From: Candidatus Heimdallarchaeum endolithica
GTDB taxonomy: Archaea > Asgardarchaeota > Heimdallarchaeia > Heimdallarchaeales > Heimdallarchaeaceae
Length of the DNA: 64,000 nt
Direction: 5' to 3'
Assembly (NCBI GenBank): GCA_021513715.1
Contig: CP084167.1
Location: 32,001 to 96,000 of the forward strand
Under the pieces are notes generated by a model that was given only the letters and a program-made list of their open reading frames with translations, did not search any database and was not told the origin of the DNA. Position numbers and translations under genes: made by a program. Of the stretch, positions 41,742 through 52,654 are shown piece by piece; within the stretch, counting starts at the first letter, position 1, and the number at the start of each line of letters is the position of its first letter.

Positions 41742-41995
41742 ATATAAACGTTTTCAATAAAAATTGAGGAATATCTTCTTTTTTTCAAAGTATTAGACGA
41801 AGTATAGAATGATCACAATATTTTTGAATAGTAAAAGTTTTTTCAAAATAAAGAGTAAACTATTCGTAAGAGTAGTTTCTCGATTTTAACAAAGAGAGAT
41901 TTCAGAATTCATTTTCTCTTATGAAGATCATTCAAATGGAAAGAAATTTACTATTCAAGAAAGAAACGAATACTAAGAATTCTCTTATTTTAATG

Positions 41996-42850
41996 CTAAT
42001 TCATCTTTTTTCCACAATTTATACAAAACTTTGAATCAGGAGAATTTTCTGTTCCACAAAAAGGACATAAATTTATTGATTTTTTGGATTTGCCAGCATA
42101 TCCTGAATACGCATAAGGAGTATATTGTGTCTCATGATATAATGAAGAAGTTTGAGCATTATTAGCTACGAAAAACATGCTTATAATAAATATTAATTCA
42201 ACAACTAGATCTATAGTTTTAAAGAAAGAATATAACATGCTGGTGAATAAAGCATAAGAAGAGAGTTTTAGTATAATAAAAACTTGAATTATTAGCCTAA
42301 ATATTGCTCCGATTGAGTTAATAGTTGCATATATTACAATTGGCCAAATAATTACTCCAACTTCCATTTTACTATTCATTTTACTTATTGAAAGAGCAAA
42401 GAAGATATAAACGAAAATGAAGCATATCTGCAAAATAATGTAAGATATATTATAAATGTTATAATATTTATCAGCATTTTCTACTAAGAATTGAGCTAAA
42501 AATAATCCAATATTAAAGAATATTAACATTACTGCAATTGTTGTTGATATTCTAAATATAGTGTTTTCTTTGCTTTTTTCTATTTCATCTATTTTTTTGC
42601 TTAAGTACAAAAAACTAAAGTAAATCAGAGTAAACAACAATGAAGAAATATTACTACTGCCAATATATATTAAATAATAGTTACTATGTGATAAATTATT
42701 ATGTAAATAATTACTTAAATAGCTTAGCTGAAAAATTAGAAAAGCAAGATTAGTAATAAAAGCTAAAAGAGAAGTAACCCCTATAGTTCCGAAACCACGT
42801 TTCAGTTCATTTATTAGAGTTTCTTCATTTTCCATAATTAATCTCTCCAA
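41996..42850 (-). CDS. Membrane protein with a C-terminal double zinc ribbon (paralog B)
   Basis: Same architecture as paralog A; CPFCGTENSPDSKFCINCG. Confidence 0.85.
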   Translation of the reverse strand: MERLIMENEETLINELKRGFGTIGVTSLLAFITNLAFLIFQLSYLSNYLHNNLSHSNYYLIYIGSSNISSLLFTLIYFSFLYLSKKIDEIEKSKENTIFRISTTIAVMLIFFNIGLFLAQFLVENADKYYNIYNISYIILQICFIFVYIFFALSISKMNSKMEVGVIIWPIVIYATINSIGAIFRLIIQVFIILKLSSYALFTSMLYSFFKTIDLVVELIFIISMFFVANNAQTSSLYHETQYTPYAYSGYAGKSKKSINLCPFCGTENSPDSKFCINCGKKMN

Positions 42851-42953
42851 AGCTAAATATATAAAGATTTACAATTTTTATCTTTTAATTTCATCAGAAA
42901 ACCAGTTAAAAGCTAATAATAATACTTTTTAATAGATAATTTGTTTCAAGGTT

Positions 42954-43691
42954 ATGTGTAGATTATTCTTAAAAATAGGAAAAAATTTAGAAAAGAATGC
43001 TATTTCAGAGTTTATTCTTTCTTGTGAAGATTATCTAAAAGGACCTAAACTAGATATTCACGAGCGAAATAAGGATCAAACATTTCCTCATCCTGATGGT
43101 TTTGGTTATTCTGTTCTCAAGAACAATAGTTTTTCAACTTTTCACTTTCTTGAACCTATTTTTTCCACTTCTATAGATATTTACTCAGAGGTAGAGAAAG
43201 GTGAAATTGCTCTAATACATGCAAGAAAAGCTTCTCCAGGTATTGAAATCGATATCAAAAATAATCATCCATTTGAGCAGAAATTTCAGGGAAAAGAGTG
43301 GGTTTTTATGCACAATGGAACAATAAAAACAGAAATAATTTTTGATAAAAATAAGTTTAATCCTAAAGGAACAACAGACTCTGAAAAATATTTTTTTAAA
43401 TTACTTGAACTTATAGAAAAAAATGGTTCATTGTCAAGTAAAGCAGTTTATAATTTAATAAAAGAGTGGGATTATAGCGGTGCAAATTTCATTTTAGCTA
43501 ATAATGAAAAAGTTTGGGTTGGTGTTTTCTTCAAAAAATATCCTTTGTACTACACAATGAAACTATATAATTCTGATTCAACCATTATAGTTAGTTCATG
43601 CTATCTTCCCTCACTTGGTGAAGCTAAATTATTAAAAAATAATTCATTAATTGAAATAGATATTAGAGAAATACAGATATTTCAAAAATAA
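42954..43691 (+). CDS. Class II glutamine amidotransferase (YafJ/EgtC-like)
   Basis: N-terminal MCRL, HPDGFG, HARKAS, NNHPF, HNGTI and GTTDSE motifs. Confidence 0.9.
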   Translation: MCRLFLKIGKNLEKNAISEFILSCEDYLKGPKLDIHERNKDQTFPHPDGFGYSVLKNNSFSTFHFLEPIFSTSIDIYSEVEKGEIALIHARKASPGIEIDIKNNHPFEQKFQGKEWVFMHNGTIKTEIIFDKNKFNPKGTTDSEKYFFKLLELIEKNGSLSSKAVYNLIKEWDYSGANFILANNEKVWVGVFFKKYPLYYTMKLYNSDSTIIVSSCYLPSLGEAKLLKNNSLIEIDIREIQIFQK

Positions 43692-43699
43692 ATTCTACA

Positions 43700-45082
43700 T
43701 CATTCACTAACAATAAAGCCATATTCTTCCTTAGTTTCTTTTAATTTACTTACTACAAAATCTCTTTTTTTGACAAAAATAATCAACACTATAGTAGCAA
43801 TAATTGCTAACAATGAAGTAATTAAAAATAGATACTCAACACCAAAAGCTTGTAATCCTATGAAAGAAAAATCTTGCTCACTAAATTTATCGTAGAGAAT
43901 ACCACCTAAAATAGGTCCAAGAATTGAACCAGTATTAAAGAACATTTGAACATTACCAAATTCTAATCCTCTTTTTTCAGGTTCTACAAGATCAGCTTGC
44001 AAAGCTCTAAATGAAGGCATATTCATTTGTTGAACTATTTGTCTGGCGGTAAATAGACCTATAATTACGAATATCGAGAATTTAAAACCAGCAAAACCCA
44101 TAAGAATACCTGAAAATAACCCAGTAAATAGTACAACTACTTTTTTGTTTGTTCTATCACTAACCCAACCTCCTATTGGATTAAAAATAACTCCAATTAA
44201 ACCAACAATACCAAAAATTGTACCAATAAATTCTTCTGATAAATTGTAAAATTGGTAGAAAAATAAAGAAAAAATAGGAAAGACCATTGCGAAACCAAAA
44301 CCATTAGAAAAAGCCATAATAAAAATAGCTCTTAAACTTACAGTTCTTTCTTTCCAGAATGAAGGTCTTAAGAAACTTGGAATTCCTAAATTAGATAAAT
44401 TAAAGGTAGTCTTTATTACTAAAACTACTGCATGCCAAATTTCTCTAATTGACATTCGTGCTTTATCTGTTTTAGGATCAATTACTAGTATATTAAAAAT
44501 TACAAAACCAATAAAAGATAATCCACCCATCATAAAAAAAGTGAATTGAAAAGCCTTAATTTGACTCGATACAAACAGTTTAGCAAACCAAATAAGGACA
44601 GAACTTAGAAAAGGGCCTATTGACCATCCTAAAGTCATGCTCATCATAAACCAACCTAAGTTCCTTCCTCTCTTTTCCTCTTTTGAAACATCTACAACTG
44701 CAGATTCAGCAACAGGCCAAACAAGAGCTGAAGCAATACCCTGTACAAATCTAACAGCAAAAAGAGCGTAAAAACTTGTAGCCAAACCAAATCCAAAAGT
44801 TAGGATAACATATAAACCAAGACCAACAACAATTATCGCTTTTCTCCCCTCTTTGTCACTCATTCGCCCATAAAAAGGTGCAAGAAAAGCTCTTGAAATC
44901 ATCATTGCAGAAGTAAGCAAACCTATCTGTGTAACTTCACGAATAATAATAAAACCTAAGTCTATGGGATAGAAAAACAATGAAGAATAAATCGAGAGAA
45001 AAGGCATTATTGCACCAAAACCCAAGTTTACTATGAAACTAGAAAGCATTAACCCAAATAGTGTTCGCTTATATTTGTCCAT
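43700..45082 (-). CDS. MFS transporter
   Basis: Motif A GRMSDKEGRK, RFVQG and GWVSDR; about 12 TM helices. Confidence 0.92.
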   Translation of the reverse strand: MDKYKRTLFGLMLSSFIVNLGFGAIMPFLSIYSSLFFYPIDLGFIIIREVTQIGLLTSAMMISRAFLAPFYGRMSDKEGRKAIIVVGLGLYVILTFGFGLATSFYALFAVRFVQGIASALVWPVAESAVVDVSKEEKRGRNLGWFMMSMTLGWSIGPFLSSVLIWFAKLFVSSQIKAFQFTFFMMGGLSFIGFVIFNILVIDPKTDKARMSIREIWHAVVLVIKTTFNLSNLGIPSFLRPSFWKERTVSLRAIFIMAFSNGFGFAMVFPIFSLFFYQFYNLSEEFIGTIFGIVGLIGVIFNPIGGWVSDRTNKKVVVLFTGLFSGILMGFAGFKFSIFVIIGLFTARQIVQQMNMPSFRALQADLVEPEKRGLEFGNVQMFFNTGSILGPILGGILYDKFSEQDFSFIGLQAFGVEYLFLITSLLAIIATIVLIIFVKKRDFVVSKLKETKEEYGFIVSE

Positions 45083-45155
45083 GAAATAATCCGTTAAAAA
45101 TTTTTTTTAAATGTTTGGATATTTAAGATTATAAAAAGTAAAAAAAGAAAGAGAT

Positions 45156-46163
45156 TTAGTATTTTATTCTAGGGTCAATAAACACATAAGTTATATCTGT
45201 TAGCAATCTTGCTATTAGGAACAAGAATGGAAATATGGTGTTAGTAGCCATCATCATTGGAAAATCTCTCATGAATGCTGCTTCCAAGAAGTATGTTCCT
45301 AACCCTGGCCAACTAAAAACTGTTTCAATCATCACTGAGCCTGATAACAATCCTGGTAGTGAATTTCCAATAATTGTTACAATTGGTAGTAATCCATTTC
45401 TAAATGCATGCTTATATATTACAGCTCGTTGTTCTACACCTTTTGCCATTGCTGTTTTTATATAATCTTGCCGCAATATTTCTAACAATTGTGACCTTAT
45501 TAGTCTAGCCATAAATACAAGTCCCCCTAGTGTTAGGGACAGAAGTGGCAGAAGCATAAATTTATAGAAATGCGGATTAAGCAATAATGGTTTATCAAAC
45601 GCTTGTTTATTTGAAACTCCTGTAAATCCAAACAAAACAAAACTTACATACATTAATAACTTTGCCAACCAGAATAAAGGCATTGAATAGCCTAATAACA
45701 TTGCAACAGTTAAAGACTTATCCCAGAAAGACCTTGATCTAGTTGCTGACACTACACCAATTGCAGTTGAAAGCAGTAAGGAAAGAACAAAAGATAAAGC
45801 ATTTAGCGTTACAGTATATACAGCATGTCTTTTTATGATGTCTGCAACAGGTATTCCTTCCCCTCCTTGAGTGTTTGACCAACTTCTACCAAAATCAAAA
45901 TGTAATAAATCAGTCATAAAAGAAACGTATCTTTCAAACCATGGAACAGTATAATAATTTGGGGACATTAATCCCATTTCAATTGCTGCTTTATTGTAAG
46001 CATTATTATAACATTCAGGAGTTTCACACTTGATTAAGCCTACTCGAACAAGAACAGGATCTCCAGGAGCAATGTTGATCAAGGTAAAATTCATCAAAGT
46101 TATGGCAATCATAACAGGAACTATGTACAAAATTCTCCGTAAAATGTAACCTTTTAAACTCAT
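45156..46163 (-). CDS. Oligopeptide/nickel ABC permease, OppB/DppB-like
   Basis: YILRR, APGDP, DFGRS, DYIKTAMAKG, HAFRN, ETVFSWPGLG and DPRI motifs. Likely start is ATG 46163. Confidence 0.9.
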   Translation of the reverse strand: MSLKGYILRRILYIVPVMIAITLMNFTLINIAPGDPVLVRVGLIKCETPECYNNAYNKAAIEMGLMSPNYYTVPWFERYVSFMTDLLHFDFGRSWSNTQGGEGIPVADIIKRHAVYTVTLNALSFVLSLLLSTAIGVVSATRSRSFWDKSLTVAMLLGYSMPLFWLAKLLMYVSFVLFGFTGVSNKQAFDKPLLLNPHFYKFMLLPLLSLTLGGLVFMARLIRSQLLEILRQDYIKTAMAKGVEQRAVIYKHAFRNGLLPIVTIIGNSLPGLLSGSVMIETVFSWPGLGTYFLEAAFMRDFPMMMATNTIFPFLFLIARLLTDITYVFIDPRIKY

Positions 46164-46458
46164 TATCAGCTCACTTTTCAACTCACAAATTTTTGAAACA
46201 TTTATCAACTTAGTTTTTAGTACAATTTTTGTATGCAAGTTTTGCTCTCTAGAAAACTCTTTGGAGAAAAAACAAAAAACAAGTTAACAGAAAAGAATAT
46301 TGAGCACTCTTCTGCCATTATTTGACATTTTTAAAGAATTTCTCTTTATTTTATGTAAAAAGATATTTTACTTAATATTATTATAGTACATGAATTGTAA
46401 AAAATCATTTTGTCCCTTAATAGTCAAATTTAATAACTATTAGTTCAATTATTTCAAT

Positions 46459-48111
46459 ATGACGGAAGTAGAAGAGATAAAGCATCATTCTAAGTGGTTA
46501 GATATTTTAGCAATAATTGTCGTTTCTCTTCTATTTCCAATAGTTGTTCTTTCAAAGATTTTACTTATTCTCTCTTATATCTTTATCCCAAGAAGTATTA
46601 CTGAACTAGTCCCAGCCTTAAACATTCAGCGAAAATATCTTCTTTATCTTTCAACGATTCTTGCAAGTAAAGAAGAAAAAGAACTAGCCAATGTTCAAGA
46701 AACAATAGATAATATTCTCCTAAAACAAGAAAAAATAAGAGATGCCTATCCAATTCAAAGAAGTGTTGGAGAGCTTTTTGATAAATTCTCTACTTTCTCA
46801 CTTTTTGTTCTTCTACCCTTATTTGTCTGGAAACAACCCTTTTTAGAGAAATTCAGCTATATCAATCCAATTATTTTAGTTTTAGTTTTTAGTACGGTTC
46901 AAGGAATGCTAAGTGCGATTACTGCTTCTTTTGGACCATTTTTCAAATTATTTCACAAGATGAGTATGATAATGCTCAAATACAAGGCCTATAGAGCAGC
47001 TTATTACTATCAAAAACTAGAAGATCTTTTTGCTTTACCCTTCCTTGCATCAAGGAGTTCATATCGTTTTATTGATGCTCCTCCTATTTCTAAAGAGACT
47101 TATGAAGATTTTAAAATTGATTTACATCAAGATGTAGATGCAATTAAAAGAAGGGTTATGGATTTTTTGAATATATATGGAGCGAATATGAGTAAAGAAA
47201 CTCAAGAATTATTTAATCAATATTTATCTAAAATTGATCAAGAGAGACTTGATATGCATAAAATAGAGGATTCTATTGCTCGAGCTTTTGCTTTGCTTAT
47301 TTGGAAAAGGCAGTCAAGTTTCTTTCCTTGGAAAAAAAATCCAGCAATCAAGCAATTTGCCAAAAAAAACAACCTAAGTTATAAAGAAGCAAAAAAAGCT
47401 TTAAGTTTCATTGCTAGCAAATTAAGAGATAAATTTGTTTCTGATGAATTTTATAACTCAATCCTTCTCACAGGAAGTTTAAGAGGTATTTATGAATTAG
47501 AAAAAAAATTTAACATAGATTTACAAGATAGTACTTTCAGTCAAATAGCTTTTTCTTTAGCTCTTGGAGGACAAAGATACATTTTGGATTTTTTTACAGA
47601 ATATCATTGGTATATCAGAGTTTTAATATTCTTCCGTAATTTACTTGTTTTCTTGTTAGGGCCAGTATTAGCTATAATTGAAATTTTCATAGATTATTTA
47701 AAACACATTAAATCAGAAACAGAATTTTTCTTAAGTAAAAAAGAAAAGAATTTTCTGAGAATTTATGTAAAAACTCGATTTAATGAAATGAAAAAGGAAT
47801 TTATTAAAAAGTTGACCAAAAAAAGTTCAAAAAAGAATGAAAAAATAAAAATAAAAAATGAGAAAAAAGGAATAATTGCTTTATTTAACATTCTAAAATT
47901 AATAATTCAAATCGTTTTAGCTTTACCATTAAGTTTGTATTATATAGGAAGAGCACTAGTTTCCATTTTTAAATTCAATTGGTTAAAAAAGAAAACTGAA
48001 AAAGAAATCACAACTAGAGCTTTTGAAAAAGAATTAGCAACTTTTGCACTTGCATCAATGTATCAAGAAATCTATGACAAACTAGTCTTGAACACCTATT
48101 ATTATTCATAA
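46459..48111 (+). CDS. Membrane-associated hypothetical protein
   Basis: 550 aa with several hydrophobic segments. Confidence 0.65.
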   Translation: MTEVEEIKHHSKWLDILAIIVVSLLFPIVVLSKILLILSYIFIPRSITELVPALNIQRKYLLYLSTILASKEEKELANVQETIDNILLKQEKIRDAYPIQRSVGELFDKFSTFSLFVLLPLFVWKQPFLEKFSYINPIILVLVFSTVQGMLSAITASFGPFFKLFHKMSMIMLKYKAYRAAYYYQKLEDLFALPFLASRSSYRFIDAPPISKETYEDFKIDLHQDVDAIKRRVMDFLNIYGANMSKETQELFNQYLSKIDQERLDMHKIEDSIARAFALLIWKRQSSFFPWKKNPAIKQFAKKNNLSYKEAKKALSFIASKLRDKFVSDEFYNSILLTGSLRGIYELEKKFNIDLQDSTFSQIAFSLALGGQRYILDFFTEYHWYIRVLIFFRNLLVFLLGPVLAIIEIFIDYLKHIKSETEFFLSKKEKNFLRIYVKTRFNEMKKEFIKKLTKKSSKKNEKIKIKNEKKGIIALFNILKLIIQIVLALPLSLYYIGRALVSIFKFNWLKKKTEKEITTRAFEKELATFALASMYQEIYDKLVLNTYYYS

Positions 48112-48267
48112 CTAACTTTACTGAATTAAATAAATTTCTACATTTACTCCTTTTTCTTATAATAATATAAATTTTAGGCTGTTAATATTTAGAAGAATAT
48201 TTGTGTAATTTATAAATGATACCGTTACAATCAAAAAATATATTTATTAAAAGAAACTAGTTATCTT

Positions 48268-49326
48268 ATGAAACTTAATAAATTAAATAAAAAAGCAGTT
48301 TCGCCAGTTATTGCAGTTGTTCTGCTAATTGCTTTAGTTACAGCAGCAGTAGCTATAGTATTTTTTGTAGTTTTACCAATGGTTCAAGGTGATCCCCAAC
48401 TTGTTGTTTTAAAAATTACTCCAGGAGACACTAATTCTGATAACAGAGTTGATAAACTAATTATTGACTACCAAAATATTGGTGCGGGAGAAGCTATCAT
48501 TTCAAGCATTACATTATATAAATATAATACTTCAATCACATGGGATATAGATAAAACGCTTCCTCATTCTATAAAACCAAATAAACAAGATGTTATTATT
48601 CTAACAACTTCAGATCCTACTGAACAGTTAAAATATCCTGACATTGCATACCTTGAAACCAATTACGGTGATGGAATTCTTTTAAGAACAGATATTACTA
48701 TCGACTCTGACTTCTCACCAGTAACTCTAATCTACTCAGAAGATTTTAACTCTTATTCAGATGGTTATTCTCCAGCAGAATGGACATATTTCTTTGTAGC
48801 ACAACATAATCCTACTGGAACTCACACTATTAATGATTGGCAAGTTCAAAGTGGTTCTCTTAAAGTGATGGCTAATGATTGTTCTTATATCATTCTTAAT
48901 TCAAGTACAGGTTATTACTATACTAATGTTAATATGAGCTTTGATCTTAAAGCAAACGACGATGATGAACTTGGAATCATCTTTAGATGGCAAAATGATG
49001 GAGGAAAAGAAAAATATTATCTAGTAAGCTATACTAGAGATCATGGTTTATCAGATCATTTTGGCGGAGATAATCCTACAGATGGGGAAGTAACCTTATC
49101 ATATGTTGAGAACAATGTAATTACTGTTATTGACAGCGCTTCATTCAGTAGAAATGACAACAGTTGGTATAATTACAGGTTAGTTACTGATGGTTCATCA
49201 ATAAAAGTATACATCAATGATGTTCTATACATTGATACAACAAGTACTCTAATTTCTGGGGGATATATTGGTCTTGCATCTGCTGCAATGAATGGAGCTG
49301 AATTTGATAATATTCTTGTATGGTAA
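48268..49326 (+). CDS. Archaeal type IV pilin/archaellin-signal protein with a C-terminal ConA/L-lectin-like (DUF1080/TSP_C-like) domain
   Basis: Class III signal KKA/VSPVIAVVLLIALV; YSEDF...DDDELGIIFRWQ...GYIGL...FDNILV. Confidence 0.85.
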   Translation: MKLNKLNKKAVSPVIAVVLLIALVTAAVAIVFFVVLPMVQGDPQLVVLKITPGDTNSDNRVDKLIIDYQNIGAGEAIISSITLYKYNTSITWDIDKTLPHSIKPNKQDVIILTTSDPTEQLKYPDIAYLETNYGDGILLRTDITIDSDFSPVTLIYSEDFNSYSDGYSPAEWTYFFVAQHNPTGTHTINDWQVQSGSLKVMANDCSYIILNSSTGYYYTNVNMSFDLKANDDDELGIIFRWQNDGGKEKYYLVSYTRDHGLSDHFGGDNPTDGEVTLSYVENNVITVIDSASFSRNDNSWYNYRLVTDGSSIKVYINDVLYIDTTSTLISGGYIGLASAAMNGAEFDNILVW

Positions 49327-49396
49327 AATTTTGATTTTTTCTTCTTTTTCTTTTTTGAATTTAATACTCATTCTTAAACTAAAAAAAAAAAGAATT

Positions 49397-50542
49397 TTAA
49401 TATACACCTAATTGTTCATCTTTCTTTAAGATTCTTCGAGGGTTTCTTATTCCATCTCTATTGCCGTATATCCCTTTTCCTTTAATTAATTCACCGTAGT
49501 CTCCATGTTGAATTAATGCAGGAATTACGCATTCTGGGCTTACTCTTTGGCTTACAACAGTTCCTTCTTCACCATAGCTTCCACGTTGACTAATATCATT
49601 TTCATCTTTAGTTACAAACATGTTCATTCTCTCCCAAGGATAATAATCTAGGTCATAGTTTTCATTTGGCAATTCTGTTTGCATTGTTGGTCCAAAAAGC
49701 GATTGTCCATAGTAACCTGCAAGAGGTAGTTTTAATTCTTCTTTTACTAGTCTGTGTGTTTCTTGAGACATAGGAACACCTCCATGTATTATAGCTTTGA
49801 GATTTCCATGTTCTTTCATTTTTTTGATTATTGGATACATTTTCTCTACAATCACACCAGTTGTAATAACAATTCCAATGTTACTGAATTCTTGCTCTAT
49901 TAAATTCTGTACCTGAAAATTCATGTTTTCTAGATATAACTTTGCTGCATTAGGATCTTTCATCATTGAGACTTTTATGAATCGAGGGTCAAGATCTATG
50001 TGATAAATCATAGATTCCATATCTCTATCCCAGTATTTTACTACCCACTTCCCAGCCATATGGGGACCAGTAGGAAGCATCGATAGGACATTTAAGCCTC
50101 TTGGGATTTTATGAGCATCGATCATTCTTAAAGCTGCTTGACTTGCAACTGGAAATGTAGGCAGTTCAATATCATATGGGTCCAATTCTCCTGGAAGAAG
50201 AGTCATATCTTCAAGAAACACAGTTTTTTTTGGTTTCCCTGTTGTTCCTCCTGTTTCAACTAGAGGAGTAGCTCTATGTCTACTTTTCTTTGCCCATTTA
50301 AAAGCCCATTTAGTAGTTGTGTGATAAATAGACTTTCTAAACTCATCAGGCTTAACATCGCCAAAAAACTCTGTAAGTTCTACCCAGTTTCTTACGTCTC
50401 CTTTCTTTACATTTTTATTTTTTGCTAAATTAATCATCATTGGAGACCCATATTCTTCATCTATTGCGATATTTACGCATTCTTCAATAAAATCACTTAT
50501 TTGATTTTTACTTGTTGTTTCACTTTTGGTTTCAGTAATCAT
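49397..50542 (-). CDS. EhpF/GriC-like adenylating (LuxE-related) subunit of a carboxylate reductase
   Basis: ETGGTTGKPK, PTGPHMAG, IDLDPRFIK and terminal GVY* are characteristic of EhpF/GriC-type proteins. Confidence 0.82.
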   Translation of the reverse strand: MITETKSETTSKNQISDFIEECVNIAIDEEYGSPMMINLAKNKNVKKGDVRNWVELTEFFGDVKPDEFRKSIYHTTTKWAFKWAKKSRHRATPLVETGGTTGKPKKTVFLEDMTLLPGELDPYDIELPTFPVASQAALRMIDAHKIPRGLNVLSMLPTGPHMAGKWVVKYWDRDMESMIYHIDLDPRFIKVSMMKDPNAAKLYLENMNFQVQNLIEQEFSNIGIVITTGVIVEKMYPIIKKMKEHGNLKAIIHGGVPMSQETHRLVKEELKLPLAGYYGQSLFGPTMQTELPNENYDLDYYPWERMNMFVTKDENDISQRGSYGEEGTVVSQRVSPECVIPALIQHGDYGELIKGKGIYGNRDGIRNPRRILKKDEQLGVY

Positions 50543-50639
50543 TTTTTCACCAATTATTTATTCTATAATTTATTTATAAATGAGGAAATTTTCAAAAAAA
50601 ACTGCAATTTTTCTGCAATTATTAACGGAATATAATTAA

Positions 50640-50699
50640 TTAAATAAAACGATGTATGTTTGCAAAAAGGGGAATAAAACTTTTTATTGGGTCAAACAT
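50640..50699 (-). CDS. Possible 19-aa peptide MFDPIKSFIPLFANIHRFI
   Basis: ATG 50699 to TAA 50640. Shares 13 bp around the start with the upstream TPR gene. Confidence 0.25.
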   Translation of the reverse strand: MFDPIKSFIPLFANIHRFI

Positions 50700-50801
50700 C
50701 TTTGAGTTTTATTCCTTTTTTTCTTTTCTTATCCTCTATTATTCTCTATAGTTGTATTGAACAAATATATATAAACCTAAAGAAAATAATTTAAAAAAGT
50801 T

Positions 50802-52496
50802 CTAATTCTTATTATTCATAAACTCTTGAATTACTTGTTTTGATTGTTCTTCGTATTCTTCTTGTAAAGCGATTTTCATGAAATCTTCTTTTAGCTTTTC
50901 TGCTAAACACTCTGAATTAATAAGAAGTTTGTACATCTTTATTTCTTCATTAAGTTTGATAAACTTTAATTTTTTACTTTCATTTTCAAGTTCAGATAAA
51001 CCTTTTAACACTCTTTTTTTATTTTTCACTTTATCTTGTAGATACAAGTCAATTAGCTTATAAATTTTAAATTGTATTTTATAAATTATTACTTCTGTAT
51101 TTTGTATTTCGTTTGTAAGCTCTTCAATAAGAGAATGAAAATATCCAAATAACCCTCTTGATAATAGTATTTTGCATGATTCAAGTTTATTAATAATAGA
51201 GTATTCTTGAGTAAAGGTTCTCTCTTTTAATTCTGCATGTAACTCGGATAATCTTTTTTCAATTTCTTCTTTTGGGATATCATCAACAAAAAGCAGATTT
51301 GCTACTAGTTCAATGTAGTCATGTTGTGTTCCATCTTTTTTTTCTATAAAATATTCAATTAATAAGTTTTGATCCTTTAAAAATAGAAATTCTTCTTTTT
51401 TTACTAATTTTGATAATTGTTCTTTTAGATTAGGAAACACCTCTTCTGAAAAATCTTTATCCATTACATAGTAAATAAATCTTAAAGTCAAATAAAGTTT
51501 GTATAAATAGTAGTCATGGGTTTTTTTATCTATTTTATTCTCTAATTTTGCAAGTATTTGATACAATTCTTTCAAATATTCCATAGATTTTTCTATATTT
51601 CCTTTAAAAACAGAAGAACGGGCTAAAAACTTCAAACTTTCTAAAGCAAAGAAATAGTAAGGGTAAATAAGGTTTGCTTGTTTCTGAAAATCAAATGAAA
51701 GTTTAAAGTGTTTTTCAGCAAGAGAGTATTGCTTTAACAAATAATAACTTTTACCCAATCTGAAAGTAATCATAATTTTTATTTCAGAATGTACTTTTTC
51801 CAAAATATTTTCATTTTCAATTTCTTGCATAAGTTCTTTTGCTTTCTCATTTTGTGCTTGCCTTATTAAAAAAAGAATAAAAATAGACTTTATTACTAAA
51901 TATGACCTGATTTTTTCGGTGTTATAAAAGTAATTAATGACTTCATTCCAGAAAGAGAGATTGCTTTTTGACAATTTTTTCATTAACTCGGGATAAAAAG
52001 AGAGATATGAAAAAGCAATATCGTAAAAAATTTCTCTGTTTTGTTCTTTAAATTTTTTTGCTATTTGGAATGCTTCTTTGATTTTTTTGGTAGAAAGTTC
52101 AAATTTTTTTTCCATCTTAAAAAGTACTGCATCAATTCGTGTTTTTAATGCTTGAATTTCTGGGATATTTCCATATTTAGATGAAATCTGTTCAATTTCT
52201 TCAGATAGTGATTTTAGTAACGAAGGTTCAAAAAACATTGCTTGTGAATATAAATGATTTAATAAAAGAAAATATTTTAAAATGTAAGGCTTTTTTTGAC
52301 AAGTATTGTTTTTTTTGATAAAAGTATGAAATTCTTTGTATAGTTTAAATAAATCAACACTTCGTTCATTATAGTTAAGAAAAAATAACTTTTCATAAAT
52401 ATCTTCAATTTCTTTGCTTTTAAGGTCATGAAGTGAAGAGAAAACAAGATTTTCTAAATTTTCTTTTATCTTTTTAACTTTAGAAGGGTCAAACAT
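50802..52496 (-). CDS. TPR-repeat protein
   Basis: Helical repeats, e.g. FRLGKSYYLLKQYSLAEKHFKLS and LARSSVFKGNIEKSMEYL. Confidence 0.75.
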   Translation of the reverse strand: MFDPSKVKKIKENLENLVFSSLHDLKSKEIEDIYEKLFFLNYNERSVDLFKLYKEFHTFIKKNNTCQKKPYILKYFLLLNHLYSQAMFFEPSLLKSLSEEIEQISSKYGNIPEIQALKTRIDAVLFKMEKKFELSTKKIKEAFQIAKKFKEQNREIFYDIAFSYLSFYPELMKKLSKSNLSFWNEVINYFYNTEKIRSYLVIKSIFILFLIRQAQNEKAKELMQEIENENILEKVHSEIKIMITFRLGKSYYLLKQYSLAEKHFKLSFDFQKQANLIYPYYFFALESLKFLARSSVFKGNIEKSMEYLKELYQILAKLENKIDKKTHDYYLYKLYLTLRFIYYVMDKDFSEEVFPNLKEQLSKLVKKEEFLFLKDQNLLIEYFIEKKDGTQHDYIELVANLLFVDDIPKEEIEKRLSELHAELKERTFTQEYSIINKLESCKILLSRGLFGYFHSLIEELTNEIQNTEVIIYKIQFKIYKLIDLYLQDKVKNKKRVLKGLSELENESKKLKFIKLNEEIKMYKLLINSECLAEKLKEDFMKIALQEEYEEQSKQVIQEFMNNKN

Positions 52497-52654
52497 CTAA
52501 ATGAAATAGAGCTTTTATACAGATAAATATTACTGTTCTCATTTTATCATAATAAAACAAAATAAAAGTAACTTTTTTCTTTCTAACATTACTAAATCCC
52601 TAAAAGTTCTAAATAACTTTAAAAAGTAAAATCTTTATTATTTCTTGAGCGACG

